A stretch of DNA of 64,000 bases from an uncultured Gemmatimonadales bacterium. GTDB lineage: Bacteria; Gemmatimonadota; Gemmatimonadetes; Gemmatimonadales; Gemmatimonadaceae. The stretch lies in contig CAWKNZ010000001.1 in the NCBI GenBank assembly GCA_963851265.1, forward strand, positions 96,001 to 160,000. The letters run 5' to 3'. The notes below the pieces were generated by a model. The model had not been told where the DNA came from. It did no database searches and saw only the letters and a program-made list of their open reading frames with translations. Shown here one piece after another: positions 19,757 through 28,823 of the stretch; within the stretch, counting starts at the first letter, position 1; each line of letters begins with the position of its first letter. The position numbers and the translations under genes were made by a program.

Positions 19757-19945
19757 GGCCGGTCTCCTGACTCGAGGCGGGGCCGCCCGCCTTCCCGACG
19801 CGGCGCGCGTCAGTGGCGTGGTGGGCGGTCCGGGGGCGGCGGGCGTGCAGCCAGCTGCGCTGCACGGGTCGTCGCGCCTCTCACAGTGGCGGGGCCGTGC
19901 CGGATTCGCACCGGCTTCCAACTACGTGACCCCGCTCGCACCATC
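19757..19945 (-). ncRNA. cobalamin (AdoCbl) riboswitch
   Basis: Minus strand reads GGT...TGGAAGCCGGTGCGAATCCGGCACGGCCCCGCCACTGTGA...GCCACTG...GGGAAGG...GAGTCAGGAGACCGGCC (B12 box), upstream of btuF. Confidence 0.95.
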
Positions 19946-20033
19946 AGTTGTCCGGTCAACCCTAGCGCGCGACGGGGTCGGTGGCAACCGGCTTGCCCCG
20001 ATCGCCACCGTGCACTCCTGCTCGCTCATCGCC

Positions 20034-21191
20034 GTGTTCGTCCGACGGCTCCCCCCACGGTTGGGTTGCCGCGTCGCGGCCGTGGTCGCTCTCGCGGCAG
20101 CTGCGCGTGCGACCGCGGCGCAGCCCGCCCACTCGCAGCCCGCCCACCCGCAGCCCGCCCACCCGCAGCCGGCGCGCCCCGCGGCCGTGCACGGCCTCTA
20201 CGTTCCGGCCGCGGTCGCGGGGTCGCGTCCGGCTCTCGATTCGCTGCTCGACCGATTGCGCGGAACGAGCGTCAACGCGGTGGTGCTCGACGTCAAGGAG
20301 AACGGGGTCGTGCCGTACCGCAGCCGCGTGCCGCTCGCGCGCGCGGTCGGTGCGGTGCGCCCGGTGATCGCCGACCTGCCCGCACTGCTGCGCGCGGTGC
20401 GCGCGCGCGGGCTGTACCCCATTGCGCGCATCGTCTGCTTCCGCGACCCGGTGCTGGCCGGCGCGCGCCCCGACCGGGCGATCCTGGGGCGGGACGGGCG
20501 GCCGTGGCTCGACCCCGCCTACCGCCAGCGGTGGGTGGATCCGTACGACGCGCGCGTGTGGGCGTACAACGTCGCGCTCGCGCGCGAGGCGGTCGCGTCC
20601 GGCTTCGGCGAGGTGCAGTGGGACTACGTGCGCTTCCCCGACGTGCCCGACTCGGTGCGCGCGGGCCTCGTGTTCCCGGCCGCGCACGGGCGGTCGCCCG
20701 CCGCCGCCATCGACGCGTTCGTCGCGGGTTCGCGCCTGACGTTAGGCCGGCTCGGCGCGCCGGTGACGGTCGACGTGTTCGGCCGCGCGATCACCGAGTC
20801 CGGCGACTCGGAGGGGATCGGCCAGGACTGGGACTCGCTCGCCACGACGGCCGACGCGATCCTGCCGATGATCTACCCGTCGCACTACCGCGCGGGCAAC
20901 TTCGACCTGCCCGACCCGAACGCCGCGCCCTACGAGCTGGTCCGGCGCGCGATGGCGGCGGCGGTGGCGCGCACCCGCTCCCTCCCGCGCGCGCGGGCGC
21001 GCATCCGCCCGTGGCTGCAGGCGTTCACCCTCGGCGCGCCGCCGTACGGGGGGGACGAGGTGCGGGCACAGGTGCGGGGGGCCGCCGACGCGGGGGTGCG
21101 GGAATGGGTGTTGTGGAACGCGGCCGGGGAGTATTCGGACGACGTGCTGGCCGGCGTGGCGCGGGACAGGGGCGGACGTGGGGGGCCGTGA
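20034..21191 (+). CDS. putative glycoside hydrolase (DUF4015-like TIM barrel), secreted; start uncertain
   Basis: VHGLYV, NAVVLDVK, YPIARIVCFRD, WVDPY, GFGEVQWDYVRFPD, IGQDW, PMIYPSHY, RPWLQAF, LWNA. Confidence 0.8.
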   Translation: MFVRRLPPRLGCRVAAVVALAAAARATAAQPAHSQPAHPQPAHPQPARPAAVHGLYVPAAVAGSRPALDSLLDRLRGTSVNAVVLDVKENGVVPYRSRVPLARAVGAVRPVIADLPALLRAVRARGLYPIARIVCFRDPVLAGARPDRAILGRDGRPWLDPAYRQRWVDPYDARVWAYNVALAREAVASGFGEVQWDYVRFPDVPDSVRAGLVFPAAHGRSPAAAIDAFVAGSRLTLGRLGAPVTVDVFGRAITESGDSEGIGQDWDSLATTADAILPMIYPSHYRAGNFDLPDPNAAPYELVRRAMAAAVARTRSLPRARARIRPWLQAFTLGAPPYGGDEVRAQVRGAADAGVREWVLWNAAGEYSDDVLAGVARDRGGRGGP

Positions 21192-21291
21192 CCGGCCGGG
21201 TCACCGGCCGGCGCGACGCTCCCTTCCGCGCGGCGCTCCCAGGGGCGCCCCTCGTCACCGCAGATTCCCGACGCTCTCCCTACCCGCCGAC

Positions 21292-22875
21292 ATGCACGCT
21301 GCCGTTCCTGCCCGCGTCCTGATGGTCCAGGGCACCACGTCGGACGCCGGCAAGTCGACGCTGGTGGCCGCGCTCTGTCGCGTGTTCGCCCGCGCCGGCT
21401 ACCGAGTCGCCCCGTTCAAGGCGCAGAACATGTCGAACAACGCCGCCGTGGTCGACGGCGGCGAGATCGGGCGCGCGCAGGCCGTGCAGGCGACGGCCGC
21501 GGGCGTCGCGCCCACGGTCGACATGAACCCCGTGCTGCTCAAGCCGCAGGGCGACCGCACGTCGCAGCTCGTCGTGTTGGGCCGCGCGCAGCGCGCGCAC
21601 GACGCGGTGGGCTACTACGCGCGGAAGGCCGAGCTGTGGCCGGTGGTCACGGCCGCGCTCGACCGGCTGCGCTCCGCGCACGACGTGGTGGTGATCGAGG
21701 GCGCGGGGAGTCCGGCGGAGATCAACCTCGCGCAGTACGACATCGTCAACATGCGCGTGGCGCGATACGCGGGCGCGCCGGTGCTGCTCGTCGGCGACAT
21801 CGAGCGCGGGGGCGTGTTCGCCGCGCTCTACGGCACGGTCGCGCTGCTCGCCCCCGAGGAGCGCGCACTCGTGCGCGGCTTCGTGATCAACAAGTTCCGC
21901 GGCGACCCGTCGCTGCTCACGCCCGGGTTCGCGATGCTGGAGGAGCGCACGGGCGTGCCGACGTTGGGCGTCCTGCCCTACCTCGACCTGTCGCGCGTGC
22001 CGGCGGAGGACGGGCTCGCACTCGACGCGCAGGGGCGCCTCGCGGGCCTCGCGCACGACGACGAGGGATCCCCCGCGCTCGACGTCGCCGTCCTGCGCCT
22101 GCCGCGGATCGCGAACCTCGACGAATTCCAGCCGCTCGCCTGCGAGCCCGGCGTGCGCGTGCGCTTCGTGCGCTCCCCCGAAGCGCTCGGCGCCCCCGAC
22201 CTCGTGATCGTTCCCGGCACCAAGGCCACGCGCGCCGACCTCGCCTGGGTGCGCGCGCAGGGGCTCGACGCCGCGGTCCGCCGGGCGCACGCCGCGGGCG
22301 CCCGGGTGCTCGGCATCTGCGGCGGCTACCAGATGCTCGGCCTCCGCGTGGACGACCCGCACGGCGTGGAAGGCGCGCCCGGCGGCGACGACGGGTTCGG
22401 CCTGCTCCCGGTCGCCACCGAGTTCGCGGCCGACAAGGTCACCGCGCGCGTGCGCGCGCGCCCGGGCCACGGCGAACCGTTAGGCGCGCCCGCGGGCCTC
22501 GCGCTCGACGCCTACGAGATCCACATGGGCCGCACGCGCCCGACGGGCCCGCTCGGGCCCCCGCCGTTCGCCGTGGGCGACGCGGGCGCGGCCGACGGCG
22601 CGACGTCGGCGGACGGCACCGTCGTGGGGACGTACCTGCACGGCCTGTTCGAGAACCGCGCGTTCCTGCGTGCGGTGGTCGCGGCCGCGGCCGCCCGCAA
22701 CGGCGTGGCGCTCGCGCCGCACGCCACCGACGGCGGGCCGGACGACCCGCGCGACGGCGCCGTCGAGCGCGCGTTCGACGCGCTGGCCGACTCCGTACGC
22801 GCGCACCTCGACCTCGGGGCCGTGACCGCGATGATGGGACTGCCGCCGCTCCCCGCCCCGCCGCCCGATGACTAA
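21292..22875 (+). CDS. cobQ: cobyric acid synthase
   Basis: MVQGTTSDAGKS, APFKAQNMSNN, DMNPVLLKP, EGAGSPAEINL, INKFRGD, GICGGYQMLG, YEIHMG, GTYLHGLF. Confidence 0.96.
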   Translation: MHAAVPARVLMVQGTTSDAGKSTLVAALCRVFARAGYRVAPFKAQNMSNNAAVVDGGEIGRAQAVQATAAGVAPTVDMNPVLLKPQGDRTSQLVVLGRAQRAHDAVGYYARKAELWPVVTAALDRLRSAHDVVVIEGAGSPAEINLAQYDIVNMRVARYAGAPVLLVGDIERGGVFAALYGTVALLAPEERALVRGFVINKFRGDPSLLTPGFAMLEERTGVPTLGVLPYLDLSRVPAEDGLALDAQGRLAGLAHDDEGSPALDVAVLRLPRIANLDEFQPLACEPGVRVRFVRSPEALGAPDLVIVPGTKATRADLAWVRAQGLDAAVRRAHAAGARVLGICGGYQMLGLRVDDPHGVEGAPGGDDGFGLLPVATEFAADKVTARVRARPGHGEPLGAPAGLALDAYEIHMGRTRPTGPLGPPPFAVGDAGAADGATSADGTVVGTYLHGLFENRAFLRAVVAAAAARNGVALAPHATDGGPDDPRDGAVERAFDALADSVRAHLDLGAVTAMMGLPPLPAPPPDD

Positions 22876-23464
22876 CGGCCCCGCGCACGGGTTCCTCCCC
22901 CTCACCCTGCTGCTCGGCGGCGTGCGCTCGGGCAAGAGCGCGCGCGCGGTCGCGATGGCCGATGCCCTCGCCGGCGCGGACGGGCGCGTGCTCTTCGCGG
23001 CCACGGCCGAGGCCTTCGACGACGACATGGCGCGTCGGATCGCCGCGCACCGGGCGGAGCGCCCACCGCACTGGCACGCGGTCGAGGCCCCGCTCGACCT
23101 CGCCGGGGCGGTCTCGGGCGCGCTCGCGGCGGCGGACGCGCCCTACGCGGCCGTCGTCGTCGACTGCCTCACGCTCTGGACGAGCAACCTGCTCCTCTCG
23201 CTCGCCGACCCGCGCGAGGCGGAGGCGCTCGCGGCCGAGCGCGCGGGGGAGTTGCTCGCCGTCGTGCCGGCCGCGCGGGGCGCGCGGTGGATCGTGGTGA
23301 GCAACGAGGTCGGGCTCGGCGTCGTCCCCGCGAGCGCGTTAGGCCGCGCCTTCCGCGACGCGCTCGGCCGCGTGAACCAGCGCGTCGCGGCCGCGGCCGA
23401 CGAGGTCACGCTGATGGTCGCGGGGCTGGAGGTGCCGGTGCGGGCGCGCCGGCCGCCGGGGTAG
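22868..23464 (+). CDS. cobU: bifunctional adenosylcobinamide kinase / cobinamide-phosphate guanylyltransferase
   Basis: LGGVRSGKS, RIAAHRAER, VDCLTLW.SNLL, VSNEVGLGVVP, FRDALGRVNQ, MVAG. Confidence 0.95.
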   Translation: MTNGPAHGFLPLTLLLGGVRSGKSARAVAMADALAGADGRVLFAATAEAFDDDMARRIAAHRAERPPHWHAVEAPLDLAGAVSGALAAADAPYAAVVVDCLTLWTSNLLLSLADPREAEALAAERAGELLAVVPAARGARWIVVSNEVGLGVVPASALGRAFRDALGRVNQRVAAAADEVTLMVAGLEVPVRARRPPG

Positions 23465-23477
23465 ACCGACGCGCGCC

Positions 23478-24080
23478 TTACGGCACCGGCGCGCCGACGG
23501 CGCGCGCGATCGCGCGCGCGATCTTCGCGCCGCCAACGACGGAGGGTTCGATGGGGTTGGCGTAGTCGGCGGCCTCGGTGCAGACGAGGCGCAGCTCGAT
23601 CGTCGGCACGTCGTGCTCGGCCGCGAGCCGGAGGATGGCGTCGTTGAACACCGCCAGCGCGACGGCGGCCGTGCGCGCGGTGGGCGGCGCCAGCCGGCCG
23701 TTGTAGACCGTGCACACCGTCACGGGCAGCCCGCGCGCGCGCACCGCGCCGAGCATCGCGCGGTAGCGCGCCTCGAAGCCCTCCACCGCGTCGGCGAGCC
23801 AGCCGAGCACCTCGGCGCTCGACCGGGCGGGCCGGTCGAGAAGGTCGGCGTGGCCGAGCGCGTCGTTGCCGCCCGCGCTCACGACGAGGTGCGTGACGTC
23901 GCGCGGAACGCCCGCGAGCTGGCGCGCGACGTCGGTCAGCACGGCGCCGTCGACCGCGGCCAGCGTGGCCCGCCACGCGGGGGGAAGGACGCCCGCGAGC
24001 TGCGTGCACACGTCGGGGCCGCCGGCCACGTAGGCGGCGTTGTCGAAGATCGAGTCGCCGAGCAGGGCGAGGTGCGGCAT
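23478..24080 (-). CDS. SGNH/GDSL hydrolase family protein
   Basis: LLGDSIFDNAAYV, SAGGNDAL, DYANPIEPS. Confidence 0.85.
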   Translation of the reverse strand: MPHLALLGDSIFDNAAYVAGGPDVCTQLAGVLPPAWRATLAAVDGAVLTDVARQLAGVPRDVTHLVVSAGGNDALGHADLLDRPARSSAEVLGWLADAVEGFEARYRAMLGAVRARGLPVTVCTVYNGRLAPPTARTAAVALAVFNDAILRLAAEHDVPTIELRLVCTEAADYANPIEPSVVGGAKIARAIARAVGAPVP

Positions 24081-24419
24081 GAGTCTGGGAACGAGGTGCG
24101 CGCCGGGCGTTCCGTGCAACTGCAGCATAGCCGGTGGCGCAGTCTCGCGGACGCGGCACTGCTCGCGCGCCGCGACCGGCGCGCGTTCGCGTGGACCGTT
24201 CCCGGCGCGCGCGCCGGCGGCGGATCGGACGCCTAACGCGTCCGCCCGCGGCCCGCGCGACGCCGTGCGCGCGGACGCCTCCCGGAAAGTGTAGCAGGAT
24301 TGCCACATCGGTGACGGCCGCACCGTGGTGCGGCGTGTGTCGACGCGCGGACGTCGCCCGACGGCCGGAGGCGATCCCCAGAACTGAATGCTTCAGTTGC
24401 CGCCGTTCGCCGCGATCTG

Positions 24420-25433
24420 CTACGTCGCCAGCGGCCGCAGCCCGCGTTCGATCTCTGCCCGCCGCGGCTCCAGGAACGGCGGCAGCGCCAGACGCTCGCC
24501 GAGGTGCGCCGCATCCTCGTCCGTCGCGAACCCCGGCCCGTCCGTCGCCAGCTCGAACAGGATCCCGTTCGGCTCGCGGAAGTACACCGACTCGAAGTAG
24601 TACCGGTCCACGAGCCCCGACGTGCGCACCCCCGCGCGGGTGAGTCGCTCCAGCCACGCGCGCTGCGCCGCGTCGTCGCGCACGCGCAGGGCGAGGTGGT
24701 GCACGCCCCCGTGCCCCAGCCGCGCGGGCGCGAGTCCGCGACGCTCCGTCACGTGCAACTCCGCGCGCGCCCCGCCTGCCCCGGTTGCGAACGCCACGCG
24801 CTCCGCGCCGGACGCGTCGGGCCCGTCCGCCGCCTCACGTCCCGCCGCACGGAAGTCGAGCACTCCGGTGAGCAGCCGCTCGAGCGGTGCGAGCGACGCG
24901 ACCGTGAGCGACACCGGCCCGAGCCCGCGGATCGCTTGCGCTTCCGGCACCCCGCTCCCCTCCCACGGCGTGAACGCCTCGCCCCCCGCCGACACGTTCA
25001 GCCCCGAGTCCGGATCCCCCGAGTCGTCGACGAGCGCGAAACGCTGACCCTCGCCGTCGACGAACGGCAGCGTCGTGCGCCCGAACTCCTCGCGCGTGGG
25101 CTCGCACGCCACGCCCGCGTCGGCGAGGCGACGCGCCCACCAGTCGACCGCGGCCGCGCCCCGCACGCGCAACGACAGGCGCGCGATCTCGTTCACCCCC
25201 GGGCGCCGCGGCGGCGTCTGCGGCCAGTCGAAGAACGTCACTTCCGTGCCCGGGTTGCCCACCGCGTCGCCGTAGAACAGGTGGTAGGCGCTCACGTCGT
25301 CCTGGTTGACCGTCTTCTTGACGAGTCGCAGCCCGAGCACCCGCGTGTAGAAGTCGAGGTTGCGCTCCGGGGCGGCCGTGACCGCGGTGACGTGGTGCAG
25401 GCCGGCGAGCGGCGGAAGGTCGGCGTTGGGCAT
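24420..25433 (-). CDS. ring-cleaving dioxygenase / glyoxalase family (MhqA/O-like)
   Basis: GLHHVTA, LVKKTVNQDD..AYHLFYGD, VHHLALRV, DRYYFESVYFREPNGILFELATDGPGF. Confidence 0.92.
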   Translation of the reverse strand: MPNADLPPLAGLHHVTAVTAAPERNLDFYTRVLGLRLVKKTVNQDDVSAYHLFYGDAVGNPGTEVTFFDWPQTPPRRPGVNEIARLSLRVRGAAAVDWWARRLADAGVACEPTREEFGRTTLPFVDGEGQRFALVDDSGDPDSGLNVSAGGEAFTPWEGSGVPEAQAIRGLGPVSLTVASLAPLERLLTGVLDFRAAGREAADGPDASGAERVAFATGAGGARAELHVTERRGLAPARLGHGGVHHLALRVRDDAAQRAWLERLTRAGVRTSGLVDRYYFESVYFREPNGILFELATDGPGFATDEDAAHLGERLALPPFLEPRRAEIERGLRPLAT

Positions 25434-25455
25434 CGTGAGAGACCTGGAGGAAAGC

Positions 25456-25953
25456 TCAGCGCAGCGCCGCGCGGCCGCGCACGTCGATGGGCACGCGCAC
25501 GTCGCCCACCGGCGTGTGCGCGAGCACGACCTCGCCGAGCACGCGGAAGTCCGCCGTGCCCGTGGAGGTCGCGGCGCCCACCGCGCCGACGCCGGCGCGC
25601 ACGAGCCCGGCCAGCGGCACGCGCACGGGAAGCAGCAGCGTGGCCGAGTCGCGTGCGCCCACGGACAGCGAGTCCGTCGCCTCCCCGCTCCCGATCTCGG
25701 CCGAGTCGGCCGTCAGGAGGCGGTAGCGTGCGCGCACCGCATGCAACGGGTACGGATTGGGGTTGTGCACGACGGCGGTCACGTCCACCGTGCCCCCATC
25801 CAGCCCCACGCCGCGCAGCGTGGCCCCGGTGAAGGTGAGCGTCGGGCGCTCGAACACCCGGTCGACCGCCGCGCGGCAGCCCGCCGCGACGACGGCGGAG
25901 GTGAGGAGTGCGGCCACGCCGGCGCGTGCGGGGAGTCGTGAGAAGGAGTGCAT
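25456..25953 (-). CDS. LEA type 2 / WHy domain lipoprotein
   Basis: Lipobox VAAGC, FERP, VHNPNPYPL motif. Confidence 0.75.
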   Translation of the reverse strand: MHSFSRLPARAGVAALLTSAVVAAGCRAAVDRVFERPTLTFTGATLRGVGLDGGTVDVTAVVHNPNPYPLHAVRARYRLLTADSAEIGSGEATDSLSVGARDSATLLLPVRVPLAGLVRAGVGAVGAATSTGTADFRVLGEVVLAHTPVGDVRVPIDVRGRAALR

Positions 25954-26006
25954 GACCGCTCCCTCTGCAATCGCCGCGCGCGCCGGATCGTCCGCTCGCC
26001 GGGCGC

Positions 26007-28787
26007 TCAACGCGCGTACCGGGCGCGCACGGCGACCGTGCGCCGCAGCTCGTCGGCGCTCTGCAGCACCTTGAGCCGGAGGTCCGCGGGCAGCGCACCG
26101 GTGCTGCCCGGCCCGTGCGCGGCGAGGTACGCGTCGACCGCGGCCAGCGCCTCGGGGCGCGTCCCCGCCCCGACGAGCGCGTCGAGCCAGCCGCCGACGA
26201 AGAAGATCCGCCGGTTGCGCTGCAGCCAGGGGAGGGAGTCGAGCGCGGGCGCGACGTAGGGCAGCACCAGCGCGTCCTGCGCCGGCGCGGTGAACGCGCC
26301 GAGGCTCGCGCTCGCCCACTCCTCGTTGAGCGAGGCGTCGGCGAAGTAGCGTCGGAAGTACTCGGCCTTGGTCGCCGCGTCCGGGCGTGCGGCGCCGGCC
26401 ACGAACGCGCGCCGCCGGCCGTCGCTCGTCGGGTCGCGGAGCGCCTCGGCGGCGAGCCGACGCTCCGCCGTGGGCGCGCCCCGGGCGACGAGCGTGGTCA
26501 CGATCGCCCACCGCGTGGGCGGGCGGAGCGGCGCGCCGGCCGCCGCGGCCGAGTCGAGCCGCGCGTCGAGCCGGTCGAGTGTGTGGTACGGGTCGGCCGC
26601 GACGGGCACCGCGGCCACCGCGACCAGCGCGTCGAGGTGCAGCTTGCGGATGCCGTACGGACGCGCGGTGTCGTCGGCCGCGCGCTCGAGCGCCTGGGCG
26701 ACGCCGGGGAGGAGCGCCTCGCCCTGCGCGGGGCCGAGCCAGCGCGTGCTCGCGCGCGTGACGCGGGCGAGCACGAACGCGGCGATCTGCTCGTCGTGCT
26801 CGCGCGGTAGGGCGGCGAGGGCCACCTCGAGGAAGCGCGCCGGGGCGTAGCGCCCCTCGCGCGCGAGGTCCCACAGCGCGCCCCAGAGCTGCGCGCGCAG
26901 CAGCGCGTCGGCCGCCACGGCGCCGTCGGCGGCGACGAGGTGCCGCTCCGCCCAGCGCACGCTCGGCGTGTCGAGCAGGGGCAGCGCGTACGCGTAGTCG
27001 CCCGCGTTGGGGAAGAGCAGCGCGGCCGCCGTGTCGGGCGACGCGTTAGGCGCCGCGGGCGCGGCGGGCAGCGCGACCGTCGCCGCCCGCGCGTCGAGCG
27101 CGACCGGCACGCGCGCCGGCGGCGCGCCGTCGCGCACGGCGAGCAGCTCGGCGCGGATCGGCCACGGCGCCGCGCCCGACACCGCGGGCTGCGCGGGGCG
27201 CTGCGTCACGCGCACCGCCTCCGGGGCGCCCGCGGGGCCGCCCCGCGTCGCCTCGGCGCGCGTCGCCTCGACGCGCGTCGCCTCGACCACCGGGATGCCC
27301 GGGCGCAGGATGTAGGCGTCGCCGAACGGGCCGAGGTCGCGCCCGGCCGCGCGCCCGACGGCGGCGAGCAGGTCGCGCCACGTCGCGTTGCCGAACGCGT
27401 GCGCGGCGAGGTAGGCGCGCAGCCCGCCGCGGAACGCGCGCGGGCCGACCACCGCCTCGAGCTGGCGCAGCACCGCGGGCGCCTTGTTGTAGACGATCGC
27501 GCCGTAGTTGCTCTTGGCCCGGTCGAGGTTGTCGAGCGGCTGGTAGACGGGCGTCGTGCCTAACGACGCGTCGACGGCCGCGGCGGGCGGGGCGTTGCGC
27601 AGGTAGAACGTCTTCCACGCGCCGCCGGCGGGGTCGAGGTCGTCCTGCACCTTGGCCGCCATGTACGTGGCGAAGCCCTCCTTGAGCCACAGGTCGTCGA
27701 ACCAGCGCATCGTGACCAGGTCGCCGAACCACTGGTGCGCGACCTCGTGGTACACCGTCGCGGTGCGCGCGAGGCGCTGCGGCGCGGTCGGCCGCTCGCG
27801 GTAGACGAAGCCGTCCTCGTTGTAGAACACCGCGCCCGGGTGCTCCATCCCGCCGAACGGGAAGGCGGGCGCGAGCACGACGTCGAACTTGCCGAACGCG
27901 TACGGCCGCCCGAAGTAGTCGCCCAGCCACGCGAGCGCGCGCCCGTTGGCGTCGAGGATCGAGTCCGCCTCGACCTCCGCCGCGCGCGAGCGGCGCACGT
28001 AGAGCGTCATCGCGCGGCCCGACGCCGTCCGCGTGATCCCCCGCCACGGGCCGGCCGCGAACGCGACGAGGTAGGTGCTGATCGGCGCCGTCTCCGCGAA
28101 GCGGAACGTGCGCACGCCGCCCGCGGGCGGCGCGGCGCCTAACCGGCCGCCCGGTGCGGAGTCGACCGCGGCGCCGTTGGCGACCGCCGTCCACCCCGCG
28201 GGCACGGTGAGCGCGAGCGACACGCGCGCCTTGAGGTCCGGCTGGTCGAAGCACGGGAAGAGCGCGTGCGCGTCGGACGGCACGAGCAGCGTGTAGAGGT
28301 AGTCGGCGCCGTCGGCCGCGTCGTGGTAGCGGATCACGCTCGCGCCGGACGGGGCGACCGCCGCCGCCGCGGAGAACGCGACCACGTTCTCGCCGGGGCG
28401 GAGCGCCGCGGCCGGGATCCGCACGTGCCCGCGCGCCCACACGTATCCGGTCCCGGGCGCGCCGCCCGCCGCGAGCGGGCGCCCGTTGGCCGCGACGTCC
28501 GTTAGGCGCAGGCCGCGGAAGTCGAGCACCGCGTCGCCGCCGCCCGCGCGGCGGAAGCGCACCGCGACGCGCACCGCCGCGGTGTCGCGCCCGGCGACGT
28601 CGACGTCGATCGCGTAGCGCACGTCGCGCACGCGGGCGGCGCGCCACTCGGCGAGCGCGCGCGAGACGCCGGGCGTGTCGGCGCCCGGGATGGTGCGCTG
28701 CGACACCGCAGCATGCGACACGCCGTTGCTGGCAGTCGGGGCGTGCGCTATTGCGCGCGTGCCCGCGGCCGGTGACAAAACGATCAT
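26007..28787 (-). CDS. pepN: M1 family aminopeptidase N; start uncertain
   Basis: FPCFDQPDLKA, GGMEHPG, HEVAHQWFGDLVTMRWFDDLWLKEGFA, IVYNKA. Confidence 0.92.
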   Translation of the reverse strand: MIVLSPAAGTRAIAHAPTASNGVSHAAVSQRTIPGADTPGVSRALAEWRAARVRDVRYAIDVDVAGRDTAAVRVAVRFRRAGGGDAVLDFRGLRLTDVAANGRPLAAGGAPGTGYVWARGHVRIPAAALRPGENVVAFSAAAAVAPSGASVIRYHDAADGADYLYTLLVPSDAHALFPCFDQPDLKARVSLALTVPAGWTAVANGAAVDSAPGGRLGAAPPAGGVRTFRFAETAPISTYLVAFAAGPWRGITRTASGRAMTLYVRRSRAAEVEADSILDANGRALAWLGDYFGRPYAFGKFDVVLAPAFPFGGMEHPGAVFYNEDGFVYRERPTAPQRLARTATVYHEVAHQWFGDLVTMRWFDDLWLKEGFATYMAAKVQDDLDPAGGAWKTFYLRNAPPAAAVDASLGTTPVYQPLDNLDRAKSNYGAIVYNKAPAVLRQLEAVVGPRAFRGGLRAYLAAHAFGNATWRDLLAAVGRAAGRDLGPFGDAYILRPGIPVVEATRVEATRAEATRGGPAGAPEAVRVTQRPAQPAVSGAAPWPIRAELLAVRDGAPPARVPVALDARAATVALPAAPAAPNASPDTAAALLFPNAGDYAYALPLLDTPSVRWAERHLVAADGAVAADALLRAQLWGALWDLAREGRYAPARFLEVALAALPREHDEQIAAFVLARVTRASTRWLGPAQGEALLPGVAQALERAADDTARPYGIRKLHLDALVAVAAVPVAADPYHTLDRLDARLDSAAAAGAPLRPPTRWAIVTTLVARGAPTAERRLAAEALRDPTSDGRRRAFVAGAARPDAATKAEYFRRYFADASLNEEWASASLGAFTAPAQDALVLPYVAPALDSLPWLQRNRRIFFVGGWLDALVGAGTRPEALAAVDAYLAAHGPGSTGALPADLRLKVLQSADELRRTVAVRARYAR

Positions 28788-28823
28788 ACGAGAGGGCTCG
28801 ACGAAACGATTGCGCGGAAACAG

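Noticed and set aside
16166..21322. Very long alternative ORFs (e.g. 16166-21322 +, 46176-49175 -, 1624-4233 -, 29144-31966 +)
   Set aside because: Arg/Ala/Pro-rich shadow frames caused by high GC, overlapping well-supported genes.
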